Shown one piece after another: positions 29,345 to 41,716 of a stretch of 64,000 nucleotides of DNA. Position numbers and translations under genes: made by a program. The DNA lies in contig OZ243978.1 of NCBI GenBank assembly GCA_965214745.1, positions 2,722,491 through 2,786,490 of the forward strand. The letters are read 5' to 3'. Origin of the DNA: Dehalococcoidia bacterium. GTDB taxonomy: Bacteria; Chloroflexota; Dehalococcoidia; Lucifugimonadales; UBA1123. The notes beneath the pieces were generated by a model. That model did no database searches. It was not told where the DNA came from and saw only the letters and a program-made list of their open reading frames with translations. Each line of letters begins with the position of its first letter. The stretch's first letter is position 1.

Positions 29345-30484
29345 CTAGGCTCTCTCTTCTATCGGGACGTACTCGACATCCATGGGGCCTGTGTAGAGCA
29401 GCCTGGGCCTAAGCAGAATGTTGTTGTCGAATTGCTCGATCACTTGCGCCGTCCAACCCGGCACCCGCCCCATGGCGAATATGGAGATGAAGAGGTCATC
29501 GGGAATGCCGAGCAGGTAGTATATCGCGCCGGAGAAGAAGTCTACGTTCTGGTAGATTCCTCGGCGTCGGTACGGCTCCATCACCTCGATTACAGCCTGA
29601 AGAATCTGGAACCACTCCGGTTCGCCCTTGCGCTCGCCCAGCTCTTTGGCGTCGTCTTGCAGGTGTAGCGAGCGCGGGTCTACGGCTTTGTAGACGCGAT
29701 GCCCGAAGCCCATGATGCGCCCGCCGCCGCGGATGCGCTCGCGGACGTAGTTTTCGGCGTTCTCCTCGCTGCCTATCTCCTGCGTCATCTTCATCACTTC
29801 TTCAGCCGCGCCGCCGTGCGACGGTCCCTTGAGAACGGCTATGCCGGTGGTTACGGCGCAGTGGAGATCCGCTTGGGTGGACGCGGCTACGCGCGCGCCG
29901 AACGCGGAAGCGTTGATGCCATGCTCGGCGTGCAGAACGAAGTCTTTGTCTATGAGCGCGGCGTCTTGCTCCGTAGGCTCTTCGCCGAAGAGCATATACA
30001 GGAAGTTGGCGGCGTGGTTGAGATTGGGGTTCGGCGCGAGCGGCTCGTTGCCGTCTCTGATGCGCGCGTGAGCCGCGACTATCGTAGCCGCCTGAGCGGT
30101 GAGGCGTATGCCCTTGCGAAGCGTCGCCTCGGACGAGTTGTCTTCGGTGTCCGGGTCGTATGCGGAGAGGGCGGATATCGCTGAGCGAAGCACATCCATC
30201 GGGTGGGAGTTTCGGGTTAGGCGGATGATGTCGAGTATCTCGCCGGGAAGCTCCCGCGCCGCCTTGAGGTCGGCGTCGAAGGCGTCGAGCCGCGTCTGCG
30301 TGGGAAGCTCGCCGTTCATCACGAGGTAAGCCGTCTCTTCGAAGTTGGACTTTTCGGCGAGGTCGTGGATGTCGTACCCGCGATAGAGCAGCTTGCCGAT
30401 GCCGCCGTCGATGAAACTGGACTTCGTTCTGTCGATGTACACTTCGCGAAGGCCGCGATGAAGCTGCACCTTCTGTTCCGTCAT
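29345..30484 (-). CDS. gltA: citrate synthase
   Basis: 379 aa. ...HAEHGINAS..., ...GFGHRVYK..DPR..., ...NVDFFSG... Confidence 0.93.
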   Translation of the reverse strand: MTEQKVQLHRGLREVYIDRTKSSFIDGGIGKLLYRGYDIHDLAEKSNFEETAYLVMNGELPTQTRLDAFDADLKAARELPGEILDIIRLTRNSHPMDVLRSAISALSAYDPDTEDNSSEATLRKGIRLTAQAATIVAAHARIRDGNEPLAPNPNLNHAANFLYMLFGEEPTEQDAALIDKDFVLHAEHGINASAFGARVAASTQADLHCAVTTGIAVLKGPSHGGAAEEVMKMTQEIGSEENAENYVRERIRGGGRIMGFGHRVYKAVDPRSLHLQDDAKELGERKGEPEWFQILQAVIEVMEPYRRRGIYQNVDFFSGAIYYLLGIPDDLFISIFAMGRVPGWTAQVIEQFDNNILLRPRLLYTGPMDVEYVPIEERA

Positions 30485-30757
30485 ATCGTGTCCTCCCGGG
30501 CTATGCTTAGCGCCGTCTCAACAGCCTAAGCATGCGCCAAGACAGTTTGCGGCAAGTGTCAGCGGGATGCTCGGTCGCCATCGGGAACCGCCCCCCGCGG
30601 AAGCAAGGGAATTCTAGCATTGGGCAGGTATAGTGTCAAGAAATCCGCGCCATTGCGGAGCGTGATAAAGGCGGCGCTTGCGGCGCGCCGAGCGCCGCGC
30701 CCCCACGACTGCGTTGCGTTGTTCACAATAGACAGCTCACAGTATATACTCCTGTGG

Positions 30758-30847
30758 GTTCCTCCCCCGCGCGCGGGGCGGAGGCGAGGATTCGACACGC
30801 GAACTATTGCCTGAGACAGTTCCTCCCGCGCGCGCGGGGCGGAGGCG
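30758..30847 (+). CRISPR. candidate orphan mini-CRISPR (2 repeats of 29 nt, 1 spacer of 32 nt; type I-E-like geometry)
   Basis: R1 30758-30786 GTTCCTCCCCCGCGCGCGGGGCGGAGGCG. Spacer 30787-30818 AGGATTCGACACGCGAACTATTGCCTGAGACA. R2 30819-30847 GTTCCTCCCGCGCGCGCGGGGCGGAGGCG (28/29 identical). AT-richer sequence lies upstream. No cas genes in the window. Confidence 0.35.
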
Positions 30848-30870
30848 GGCGAGCGGCGCGAGGCGTACAG

Positions 30871-31509
30871 ATGAATTCTATGCAGCCAGACGAGGCTCCG
30901 GAGGTCGTCGTCCTCAGGCTTCCGCTGTATGTGCGCGCGCTGACCCAGCTCCAACGCGAAGGAAGCTCCGTAGTCAGCTCTCAGCATCTGGGCGAGCGGC
31001 TTCAGATGACGCCCGCGCAGATACGAAAAGACCTAAGCTATTTCGGCAGGTTCGGCAAACAGGGGCGCGGATACAGCATCCAGTTCCTGCTGGACGAACT
31101 TCGCGTGATTCTGGGGCTTACGCGCGAATGGCGCGCGTGTCTCGTGGGCGTGGGCAGGCTGGGACGCGCTATCATCAACTACACGGGATTCGCGCCCGAG
31201 GGGTTCTCTATCGTAGCGGCGTTCGACAGCTCGAACGATCAGGTGGGCGCGTGCGTGGGCGATCTGCATGTGCGCTCTATGGACGCGCTGCCGACGGCGG
31301 TTCGAGAGCTGGACGTGAGCATCGGCATCGTGGCGGTGCCGGCGGCACAGGCGCAATCGGTCATCGACAAGCTGGTAGAGAACGGCGTTCACGGCATACT
31401 GAACTACGCGCCCGTCGCGCCCTACGTGCCGCGCGGCGTGGTGGTTCGGAACATAGACCCGGTGCTGTCGCTCCAGTCCATGACGTTCTACTTGGCGAAG
31501 ACGCGATAG
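30871..31509 (+). CDS. rex: redox-sensing transcriptional repressor Rex
   Basis: Start at MNSMQPDEAPEVVVLRLPLYVRAL (ATG 30871), 212 aa. Winged-helix region ...SSQHLGERLQMTPAQIRKDLSYFG..G..GRGY, then Rossmann motif CLVGVGRLG. Confidence 0.9.
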   Translation: MNSMQPDEAPEVVVLRLPLYVRALTQLQREGSSVVSSQHLGERLQMTPAQIRKDLSYFGRFGKQGRGYSIQFLLDELRVILGLTREWRACLVGVGRLGRAIINYTGFAPEGFSIVAAFDSSNDQVGACVGDLHVRSMDALPTAVRELDVSIGIVAVPAAQAQSVIDKLVENGVHGILNYAPVAPYVPRGVVVRNIDPVLSLQSMTFYLAKTR

Positions 31510-31526
31510 CCGCGCGGCGGACGACG

Positions 31527-31985
31527 CTACGCGCTCGGCGCGCCGCCGCCCCCGGCGGGTCCCGCCGCCTGCCGCCGCCTGCGCGGGCGGCGGCGCGCTA
31601 CGCCGAGCCGCGCGGCGGAGCGGCGCATCGACGCCAGCGCGCGCTCCAAATCCAGGTCCGATTCGGCGGATTCGATCTGCTCCTCCGCCCGCCTGAGCGC
31701 GTCTTCGGCGCGGTCGATGTCTATCTCGTCGGCGTGTTCCGCGGTGTCCGCGAGTATCGTAGCCTTGTTGCCGATGACTTCTAGGAAGCCGCCGCTGACC
31801 GCGATATAGGACTCTTCGCCGTCTTTGGTTACCCTGATCTCGCCCGGCGCGAGTATCGTAAGCAGCGGCGAATGGTTGGGCAGAATGCCGAGCTGCCCCG
31901 CCGCGCCCGGCGCGACGAGAAAGCTCACCGGCTCCGAGTACACTACCCGTTCGGCGGTTACGATTTCTAGTGTGAAGTCTGCCAT
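31527..31985 (-). CDS. atpC: F0F1 ATP synthase subunit epsilon
   Basis: Start at MADFTLEIVTAERVVYSEPVSFLVAPGAAGQLGILPNHSPLLT. Arg/Ala-rich C-terminal tail. Confidence 0.85.
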   Translation of the reverse strand: MADFTLEIVTAERVVYSEPVSFLVAPGAAGQLGILPNHSPLLTILAPGEIRVTKDGEESYIAVSGGFLEVIGNKATILADTAEHADEIDIDRAEDALRRAEEQIESAESDLDLERALASMRRSAARLGVARRRPRRRRQAAGPAGGGGAPSA

Positions 31986-32066
31986 GTAGAAATTACCCTC
32001 GCGCCCTGCCTGCGACGGGGCAGGCTGCAACCCTCTCCCGCATGGGAGAGGGAGCGTCGACCGCCT

Positions 32067-34381
<2,315 letters not shown>

Positions 34382-34450
34382 GAGCGGCTATCCTGTCCTT
34401 GCCCGCTCGGTTAGAGCGAGCTCCATTCTTGTCTCGATATGCCTAATTGC

Positions 34451-34903
34451 CTAATTATCGCTCTGAACGCGGCCGAGGGGGGAGCTAATCTCGTCAACCT
34501 CGATTTTCACCTCAGGGATTCGGTGTATATGCCAGCCCATTTGCAAGTCTATCATAATGTTGCCTTCCACGACGTCTTTCAGGTTTTCGCGCGCTTCCTC
34601 ATAGGTTTCGCCATATGTGAAAGCGCCGTTCATGTCCGGCACGATGGCGGTTATTGTTCCATCTTCCTCGCGGGTATACTCGGCGAGTTCCAACGCAGCC
34701 TGTATGTACTCGGGTAGAGAGAATCCGACGAGCTTCTTGGGGAAGGCGGGCAGGTCTTTAGGGTCTTGTACGTTGTCGGACTGGGCGCGTTCGAGATAGA
34801 AGTCGTATTCCCGCTTGTGGCGTTCCAGCAGCCGCGCAAGCGCGACCGACTCCGCGCTCGACGGGGCATCGGTTAGCTCCGGCCGTGTTATGGAAGCGGG
34901 CAT
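34451..34903 (-). CDS. HicB/UPF0150-like domain protein (no HicA partner seen)
   Basis: 150 aa. Core ...DGTITAIVPDMNGAFTYGETYEEARENLKDVVEG... matches the HicB N-terminal (UPF0150) pattern vPdlpG..t.GeT.eEA. About 80-aa N-terminal extension of unknown type. Lies in the lower-GC insert. Confidence 0.45.
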   Translation of the reverse strand: MPASITRPELTDAPSSAESVALARLLERHKREYDFYLERAQSDNVQDPKDLPAFPKKLVGFSLPEYIQAALELAEYTREEDGTITAIVPDMNGAFTYGETYEEARENLKDVVEGNIMIDLQMGWHIHRIPEVKIEVDEISSPLGRVQSDN

Positions 34904-34975
34904 GGTCTTACTATCCTAATAAGAATCGGTGAACGGTATCGAATCTTGGGGCGCTCTTTCCTTAGTTCGCGCGTT

Positions 34976-35311
34976 TTAGAAACTCAGGCATAGGCGGGCG
35001 GCGGTGGCGTGGTTGCGCTTCATCCAATCGACCATCTCGCTGAAGAAGTTTTCCGCCCGTGATCTGTCCTCATCGGAAACTTGGCGTCCATAGTCAGCCT
35101 CGCCGCCGACGTACTCGTTCATCAAGTGGGTGAGATAGGCATCATAATCCACCGAGCCGGTGTTAGCGTCGCGGAGCGCGTTCCAGTCCATTTCAAAGAC
35201 GATGATGCCATCCTCTCCGGGTTCGTAAGTCTCTATCAGTTGACATGTCAAACGGCGCGGCGGACGCGGAAGCCAACCATCCACCTTCAATATGCCGTAG
35301 TCTATCGCCAT
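34976..35311 (-). CDS. hypothetical small acidic protein
   Basis: 111-aa ORF rich in D/E (…YEPGEDGIIVFEMDWNALRD…GGEADYGRQVSDEDRSRAENFFSEMVDW…). Same strand, between the GmrSD-like gene and the HicB-like gene. Confidence 0.4.
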   Translation of the reverse strand: MAIDYGILKVDGWLPRPPRRLTCQLIETYEPGEDGIIVFEMDWNALRDANTGSVDYDAYLTHLMNEYVGGEADYGRQVSDEDRSRAENFFSEMVDWMKRNHATAARLCLSF

Positions 35312-35351
35312 TTTCGCTTGTCCTTGGCGTTTGCGTGGGTTTTCGTTATCG

Positions 35352-37040
35352 CTAGAGTCGCCACTCGGTTTTGAGCGCGTCTATCAGCGCCTCTTGTCGG
35401 CGTTTCAGAACCCTCGGCGTCCACGCGGTTTCGCTCACTACCTGAGTAGTTATAGCGAAGTTTGTGACGTTGCTTCTTTGGAAGTATTCGGTCTTCTTTC
35501 GGCGGAAATCATAGTTGTTGGCTCTGGAATTTTTACTGCGGGACAGCAGAACCAAGTTCGCCAGCCGATGCGTCCACTCTTCACGGTCATCTTCATTGAA
35601 GGTTCGCACCCACTCGGATTCATCATCAGGCGATTGCGGGAGGACGTGTTCCACCGTAATGATCTTGTGGTCATAGGTCGCGCCATCCGCCCTAGCTAAA
35701 ACGCTGTCTAGACGCAATAGCAGCGGACGCGCGAATCGGGAGACGGGACGCGGACGATAAATCGGATCATCCAAAAGCGCTACAACGTCCCTGCGCTCGT
35801 CGTCGGATAGTTGAATCTTTTCGATCGTCTCGGCTAGATCCGATTCTTCACGAAGGGCAGATGACAAAACCGGCCTGTATCGCAGAATCCTGGGGTCGCG
35901 CCTAGTTCCGATGACAAGCATCGCATAGGCGAGTCGGTCGAGTTCCGTAAGCAGTCTCAGCAGAGTCGCGGGGGCGTCCTTGTGCTTGTCGTAAAACACC
36001 ATCGCAACCGGAATCCAGTCCTCATTGTCGAGTCTGTTGAGGTATCCGAGCATACGGTTCACGTCTTCGGCATGTACATTGCTTTCGTATTCTTCCACGC
36101 CGGTGACAACCTTGAACGCTTTGGCATATGGAACCAGTGTTTCATCGACGAACTCAATCCCGTTGACTCTGACCAGCACATCTTCCTTGAACGCCTTAGA
36201 CAATTCTCTGTGAAACCTGTTCCCAGTTTCGATTACGAATATGTGGGCGAATAGTTCTCGGAATTTATCCCTGCCAAGTTCGTCTTCGATGTCTTCCCAC
36301 AGATTGGTGTATTCGTCCGCGCGATTGCCGGGTATCTCACCGATAACGTCGGATTTGAGTATATCGGTTGGAGTCAGGTCTCTGCCTCTGGCGTTGAGTA
36401 CGGAGAATATCCTATGCGCGGAATCGCGGTTGTAAGCCGATACTACAACGAGATAACACCTAGTAATTACAAACTGCGATAGAGCGTCGCGTTGTTCGTG
36501 ACTCAACCCAGACAGTTTGGAATAGAGGAAGTGAGCATTGTCGAATATCAGTTTACGGCTGTCGGAAACATGCACAGAACCTTTTTCGACGAAGTCGGCT
36601 ATTTTGCCGGACACCTGCACGTTGTCGTGAAAGAAATCTTGATCTCGTTCCCTGATCTCCAGACGAAAGCGGTCTCTGCGCCCTGCGAACACATCCCGTC
36701 TTTCACGAATACGCTCATCGAGACTGCTGCGTTTGTCATCGTCGTCGGTCAACTCGCGCAGAACACAGAACAGCATCGTCAACGTCGTCAAACGCTGCTG
36801 TCCGTCTATGACTTCATGCTTCCGAGAGTCCGGGCGGGCAATCAGAACGATGCTGCCGAGAAAGTACGGCTCGGCGGTCGTCTCATCCTCCATAGCGCCT
36901 AGAAGGTCATTCAGGAGCTCTTCGGTCTCTTCGGGCGTCCAGGAGTAAGGCCTCTGATACACAGGCATGCGGAAGAGATAGTCGTTATCGAACAACTTGC
37001 CAAGCGCGACTTCTTTGGCTTCGAAGGTGTTCTGCACCAA
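35352..37040 (-). CDS. DUF262 + DUF1524 protein (GmrSD/BrxU/SspE-type, putative modification-dependent type IV restriction nuclease)
   Basis: 562 aa. N-terminal ParB-like DUF262 motifs FRMPVYQRPYSWTPEE and VIDGQQRLTTL. C-terminal His-Me-finger DUF1524 motifs ITVEHVLPQSP...WTHRLANLVLLSRSKNSRANN. Confidence 0.85.
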   Translation of the reverse strand: MVQNTFEAKEVALGKLFDNDYLFRMPVYQRPYSWTPEETEELLNDLLGAMEDETTAEPYFLGSIVLIARPDSRKHEVIDGQQRLTTLTMLFCVLRELTDDDDKRSSLDERIRERRDVFAGRRDRFRLEIRERDQDFFHDNVQVSGKIADFVEKGSVHVSDSRKLIFDNAHFLYSKLSGLSHEQRDALSQFVITRCYLVVVSAYNRDSAHRIFSVLNARGRDLTPTDILKSDVIGEIPGNRADEYTNLWEDIEDELGRDKFRELFAHIFVIETGNRFHRELSKAFKEDVLVRVNGIEFVDETLVPYAKAFKVVTGVEEYESNVHAEDVNRMLGYLNRLDNEDWIPVAMVFYDKHKDAPATLLRLLTELDRLAYAMLVIGTRRDPRILRYRPVLSSALREESDLAETIEKIQLSDDERRDVVALLDDPIYRPRPVSRFARPLLLRLDSVLARADGATYDHKIITVEHVLPQSPDDESEWVRTFNEDDREEWTHRLANLVLLSRSKNSRANNYDFRRKKTEYFQRSNVTNFAITTQVVSETAWTPRVLKRRQEALIDALKTEWRL

Positions 37041-37087
37041 TTTACTCTACATCCGGCTTTATCGATCGTCGTTGCGTTTCACTTGCC

Positions 37088-38599
37088 CTAGTAAGGCACG
37101 CTCGCCTTGAAGTCTTCCAGCGCGGCGTTCAGCGCCTCTCCGGTTTCGTCGCTTATCGTCTTCTCGTCGCGGATAGTCGTCAGCAGCTCGGGGCGGCTGG
37201 CGTCCATGTAGCTGTGGAGCGCGCTCTCGAACGCGATGACGCGCGGTATCTCCACGTCGTCTAGGAAGCCGTTGACCAGCGCGTAGATGGCAATTACTTG
37301 CTTCTCGAACGGCAGCGGCACGTTTTGGCCCTGCTTGAGTATCTCGGTGGCTCGCTGTCCGCGCTCCAGCTGGCGGCGGGTGGCGGGGTCCAGATCCGAG
37401 GTGCCGAACTGGGCGAACGTGACCAGCTCTCGATACTGCGCGAGGTCTAGCCGCAAGGTGCCGGCTACGGAGCGCATGGCGCGCGTCTGCGCGGAGCTGC
37501 CGACGCGGGAGACGGACAGCCCGGCGTTCACGGCGGGGCGGATGCCGGAGTTGAACAGCTCGGTCTCTAGGTATATCTGCCCATCGGTAATCGATATGAC
37601 GTTGGTAGGCACGTATGCGGACACGTCTCCCGCCTGCGTCTCGATTATGGGCAGCGCAGTTATGGAGCCGCCGCCGTGCTCTTCGTCCATCTTGGCGGCG
37701 CGCTCCAGCAGGCGGCTGTGCAGGTAGAACACGTCGCCGGGGTACGCCTCGCGTCCGGGCGGGCGGCGCAGCAAGAGAGACATCTCGCGGTACGCCCATG
37801 CGTGCTTGGATAGGTCGTCGTAGACTACGAGCGCGTCTTTGCCGTCTTCCATGAACCGCTCCGCCATGGCGCAGCCGGCGTATGGGGCTAGGTACTGCAT
37901 CGGCGCGGGGTCGGCGGAGTTGGCGGCGACGACGATTGTGTGTTCCATCGCGCCGTATCCGTCCAGCAGCGCGACGGTCTGCGCCACCTTGCTCGCCTTC
38001 TGCCCGATTGCCACGTAGATGCAGATGAGGTCTCCGCCGCGCTGGTTGATGATGGTGTCTAACGCGATGGCGGATTTTCCGGTGGAGCGGTCGCCGATGA
38101 TAAGCTCGCGCTGTCCGCGCCCTATGGGTATCATGGCGTCTATAGCCTTGATGCCGGTCTGCACGGGCGTGTCTACGGACATGCGCGTGGAGACGTCCGG
38201 CGCGACTACTTCCACCGGGCGGTTTTCGGATGTGTCTATCGGGCCTTTGCCGTCTATCGGTTCGCCTAGCGCGTTGACTACGCGCCCCAGCAGCGCTTCG
38301 CCTACGGGGACTTCTACGATGCGGCCTGTGCTGCGAACGCGGGAGCCTTCCTTGACGGCGAGCGGGTCGCCCATGATGACTGAGCCAACCGAGTCTTCTT
38401 CTAGGTTGAGCGCCATGCCCATGACGCCGCCCTCGAATTCGAGCAGCTCGGTATAGGCTGCGCCAGCCAGCCCGTGAACTTGGGCTACGCCGTCGCCGAC
38501 TTCTATCACAGTGCCTTCGTCTACAGCTTCGAGCTGCTGCTCCCAGTTCTCGATTTGGCTCCGTATTACGGAGGCTATGTCTTGCCCTCTGACCGCCAT
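37088..38599 (-). CDS. atpA: F0F1 ATP synthase subunit alpha
   Basis: 503 aa. Walker A GDRSTGKS, ...[43 protein letters not shown]... Confidence 0.96.
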   Translation of the reverse strand: MAVRGQDIASVIRSQIENWEQQLEAVDEGTVIEVGDGVAQVHGLAGAAYTELLEFEGGVMGMALNLEEDSVGSVIMGDPLAVKEGSRVRSTGRIVEVPVGEALLGRVVNALGEPIDGKGPIDTSENRPVEVVAPDVSTRMSVDTPVQTGIKAIDAMIPIGRGQRELIIGDRSTGKSAIALDTIINQRGGDLICIYVAIGQKASKVAQTVALLDGYGAMEHTIVVAANSADPAPMQYLAPYAGCAMAERFMEDGKDALVVYDDLSKHAWAYREMSLLLRRPPGREAYPGDVFYLHSRLLERAAKMDEEHGGGSITALPIIETQAGDVSAYVPTNVISITDGQIYLETELFNSGIRPAVNAGLSVSRVGSSAQTRAMRSVAGTLRLDLAQYRELVTFAQFGTSDLDPATRRQLERGQRATEILKQGQNVPLPFEKQVIAIYALVNGFLDDVEIPRVIAFESALHSYMDASRPELLTTIRDEKTISDETGEALNAALEDFKASVPY

Positions 38600-38685
38600 T
38601 TATGCCTCCCCGCCGAACGCGGCGCGCTCGGTCCGGTTGTCGGTTGTTTCATGGTGAATGCGCGAGCGGTCGCGCCGCCGCTCGG

Positions 38686-39225
38686 CTATCGCCTCTGAAC
38701 CAGCTCTCGGCGCATGTCTCGCAGTCGCGCGCGCGCGCTTCCGTCTATAACCTTGTCGCCAATGCGTATGACGATGCCGCCGAGCAGATCCGAATCGACC
38801 CGCGTGGTTACGCGAACGTCTTTGTCGGACATCCGGGAGAGCGACTCCGCAGCCTGCCGCAGCTGGTCGTCCGACAGCGGCGCGGCGGAAACTATCTCGG
38901 CGCGCTCTATGCCGTTGTGGTCGTCCAGCATCTCCTGATAGCGGTCCGCTATTTCGGGGAGGATGTGGACGAGGTTTCGGCTGGTGAGCAGCGCCATGAG
39001 GTTGAGCGCGAGCGGAGACACTGAGCCGCCGAGGCTCTCGCGGATGACGCGCTCTTTGCGCGCGAGCGAGATGCGCGGCGCGCTGAGCGTCTGCCGCAGC
39101 TGCTGGCTGGCTGCCGAGTCCGCCAGCAGCGTCAGGTCGTCTAGCCAGCGCTCCAGCTCGCCGCTGTCTGCTGCAAGCTCGAACACTGCTTGGGCGTATC
39201 TTCTTGTCGAGGCGCCTGCGGGCAT
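38686..39225 (-). CDS. atpH: F0F1 ATP synthase subunit delta
   Basis: 179 aa. ...RRYAQAVFELA... OSCP/delta pattern, and its position between atpF and atpA. Confidence 0.85.
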   Translation of the reverse strand: MPAGASTRRYAQAVFELAADSGELERWLDDLTLLADSAASQQLRQTLSAPRISLARKERVIRESLGGSVSPLALNLMALLTSRNLVHILPEIADRYQEMLDDHNGIERAEIVSAAPLSDDQLRQAAESLSRMSDKDVRVTTRVDSDLLGGIVIRIGDKVIDGSARARLRDMRRELVQRR

Positions 39226-39273
39226 AGGTTGTTGCCTGCCTTTGCTGGGCGGCTGCGGAGACGGCGGCGCGCG

Positions 39274-39777
39274 CTAGTTGCGGCTGGCGACGCGCTCGCC
39301 CTCTTCGAGCGTCTGGCTGATTAGTTCCGCGTGTGTGGATTCGTCTATCGAGGTTCGGATGACGCGCTCGGCGGCTACTATGGCGAGCGCCGCGAATTCG
39401 CGCCGCACTTCTTCTACCGCGGCGTCGCGTTCGCGCTGGATGTTCGCTTCGGCGCGGGCGCGCTCGGCGGCTATCTCCTCGCGCGCCTTGGCAAGCTCTT
39501 CTTCGCGGAAGCGGTCCGCCACCTCGCGCGCCTGCGCGATCAGCTGCTGCCCTTCGGCGCGGGCGGATTCGATCTGCGACTGCATCTCGTCGCGCGCGGC
39601 GGCGGCTTCTTGCTGGGCGCGCTCGGACGCCTCTAGGCTCTCCCGAATGCGCTCCGAGCGCGCGTCCAGCGCGTTGATGACCGGCCTGTACAGCAGAAAG
39701 GTCAGCAGCCCAACGAGGACGACGAAGCTGATGAGCTGCGTCACCAGACCGCTAAGGTTTATTCCCAGCGCTTCCAT
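39274..39777 (-). CDS. atpF: F0F1 ATP synthase subunit b
   Basis: 167 aa. A single N-terminal TM segment followed by a long charged Ala/Glu/Arg helix. Confidence 0.85.
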   Translation of the reverse strand: MEALGINLSGLVTQLISFVVLVGLLTFLLYRPVINALDARSERIRESLEASERAQQEAAAARDEMQSQIESARAEGQQLIAQAREVADRFREEELAKAREEIAAERARAEANIQRERDAAVEEVRREFAALAIVAAERVIRTSIDESTHAELISQTLEEGERVASRN

Positions 39778-39881
39778 GCTTGCTTCACCTCGCCCGATTC
39801 GCGCTTGCCGATGGTGTCTTGCGCCCTCTTCCCGCGCGGCGGGGACGCTCCGTTAGACGAATTTGGATTTAAGCCGCGTCG

Positions 39882-41265
<1,384 letters not shown>

Positions 41266-41313
41266 GTTCAGAAACCCCGTCGCGCGTCGGCATCGCCGCC
41301 TCGATTAGCCTTT

Positions 41314-41535
41314 CTATGGTTCCGCCTGCGCCCTGAGCGCGGCCATCAGCATCCTGTACATGCCCGCGACGCCGGCGGCTATGCCGACGCCCAGCCCCAA
41401 GAGGGTGAGCAGCGGCGCGACTCCTAGCCAGCGATCCGCCAGCCAGCCGCCAGCCGCTCCCCCGCCGATACAGATAGCCACGAACCAGCCGACTCCGACC
41501 AGCCGCAGTATCAGGGCGGCTTTTCTCCCTCGCAT
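41314..41535 (-). CDS. AtpZ/AtpI-family small membrane protein
   Basis: 73 aa with two TM helices, immediately upstream of atpB on the same strand. Confidence 0.6.
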   Translation of the reverse strand: MRGRKAALILRLVGVGWFVAICIGGGAAGGWLADRWLGVAPLLTLLGLGVGIAAGVAGMYRMLMAALRAQAEP

Positions 41536-41716
41536 CAGGGTTCGCTCAAGAGCTTGTTCAGCATATCACAATCGAAAATTCACGGTCAACGCGAACCCGC
41601 CGCCCCGCGGCGAACCCGCTAGAGCTTTGCGGACAGCGTGCAGTAGTTGTAGAATGTCAGCCGCGCTCAGTATATATATCCACGACAAGCGAACCAAGCC
41701 GACGGAGGGGTTAAAG

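Noticed and set aside
30719-30728. TTGTTCACAA resembling half of a Rex operator (TTGTGAA-N-TTCACAA) upstream of rex.
   Set aside because: Only the TTCACAA half-site is present. No matching TGTGAA half lies at the right spacing, so I cannot support an operator call.
30559-30987. Minus-strand 142-aa ORF, and the plus-strand extension 30754..30870 of the rex ORF running through the two 29-nt repeats.
   Set aside because: Both read through palindromic GC-rich repeats and give Arg/Gly/Ala-rich low-complexity peptides. Rex has a good start at ATG 30871, so the open frames are incidental.
34382-37087. Mobile-element hallmarks (integrase, transposase, inverted or direct repeats) at the borders of the cassette inside the atp operon.
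   Set aside because: By eye I found no repeats longer than trivial 4-5 nt matches at the two borders, and no recombinase gene. The region is therefore reported as an insertion-like island, not as a defined mobile element.
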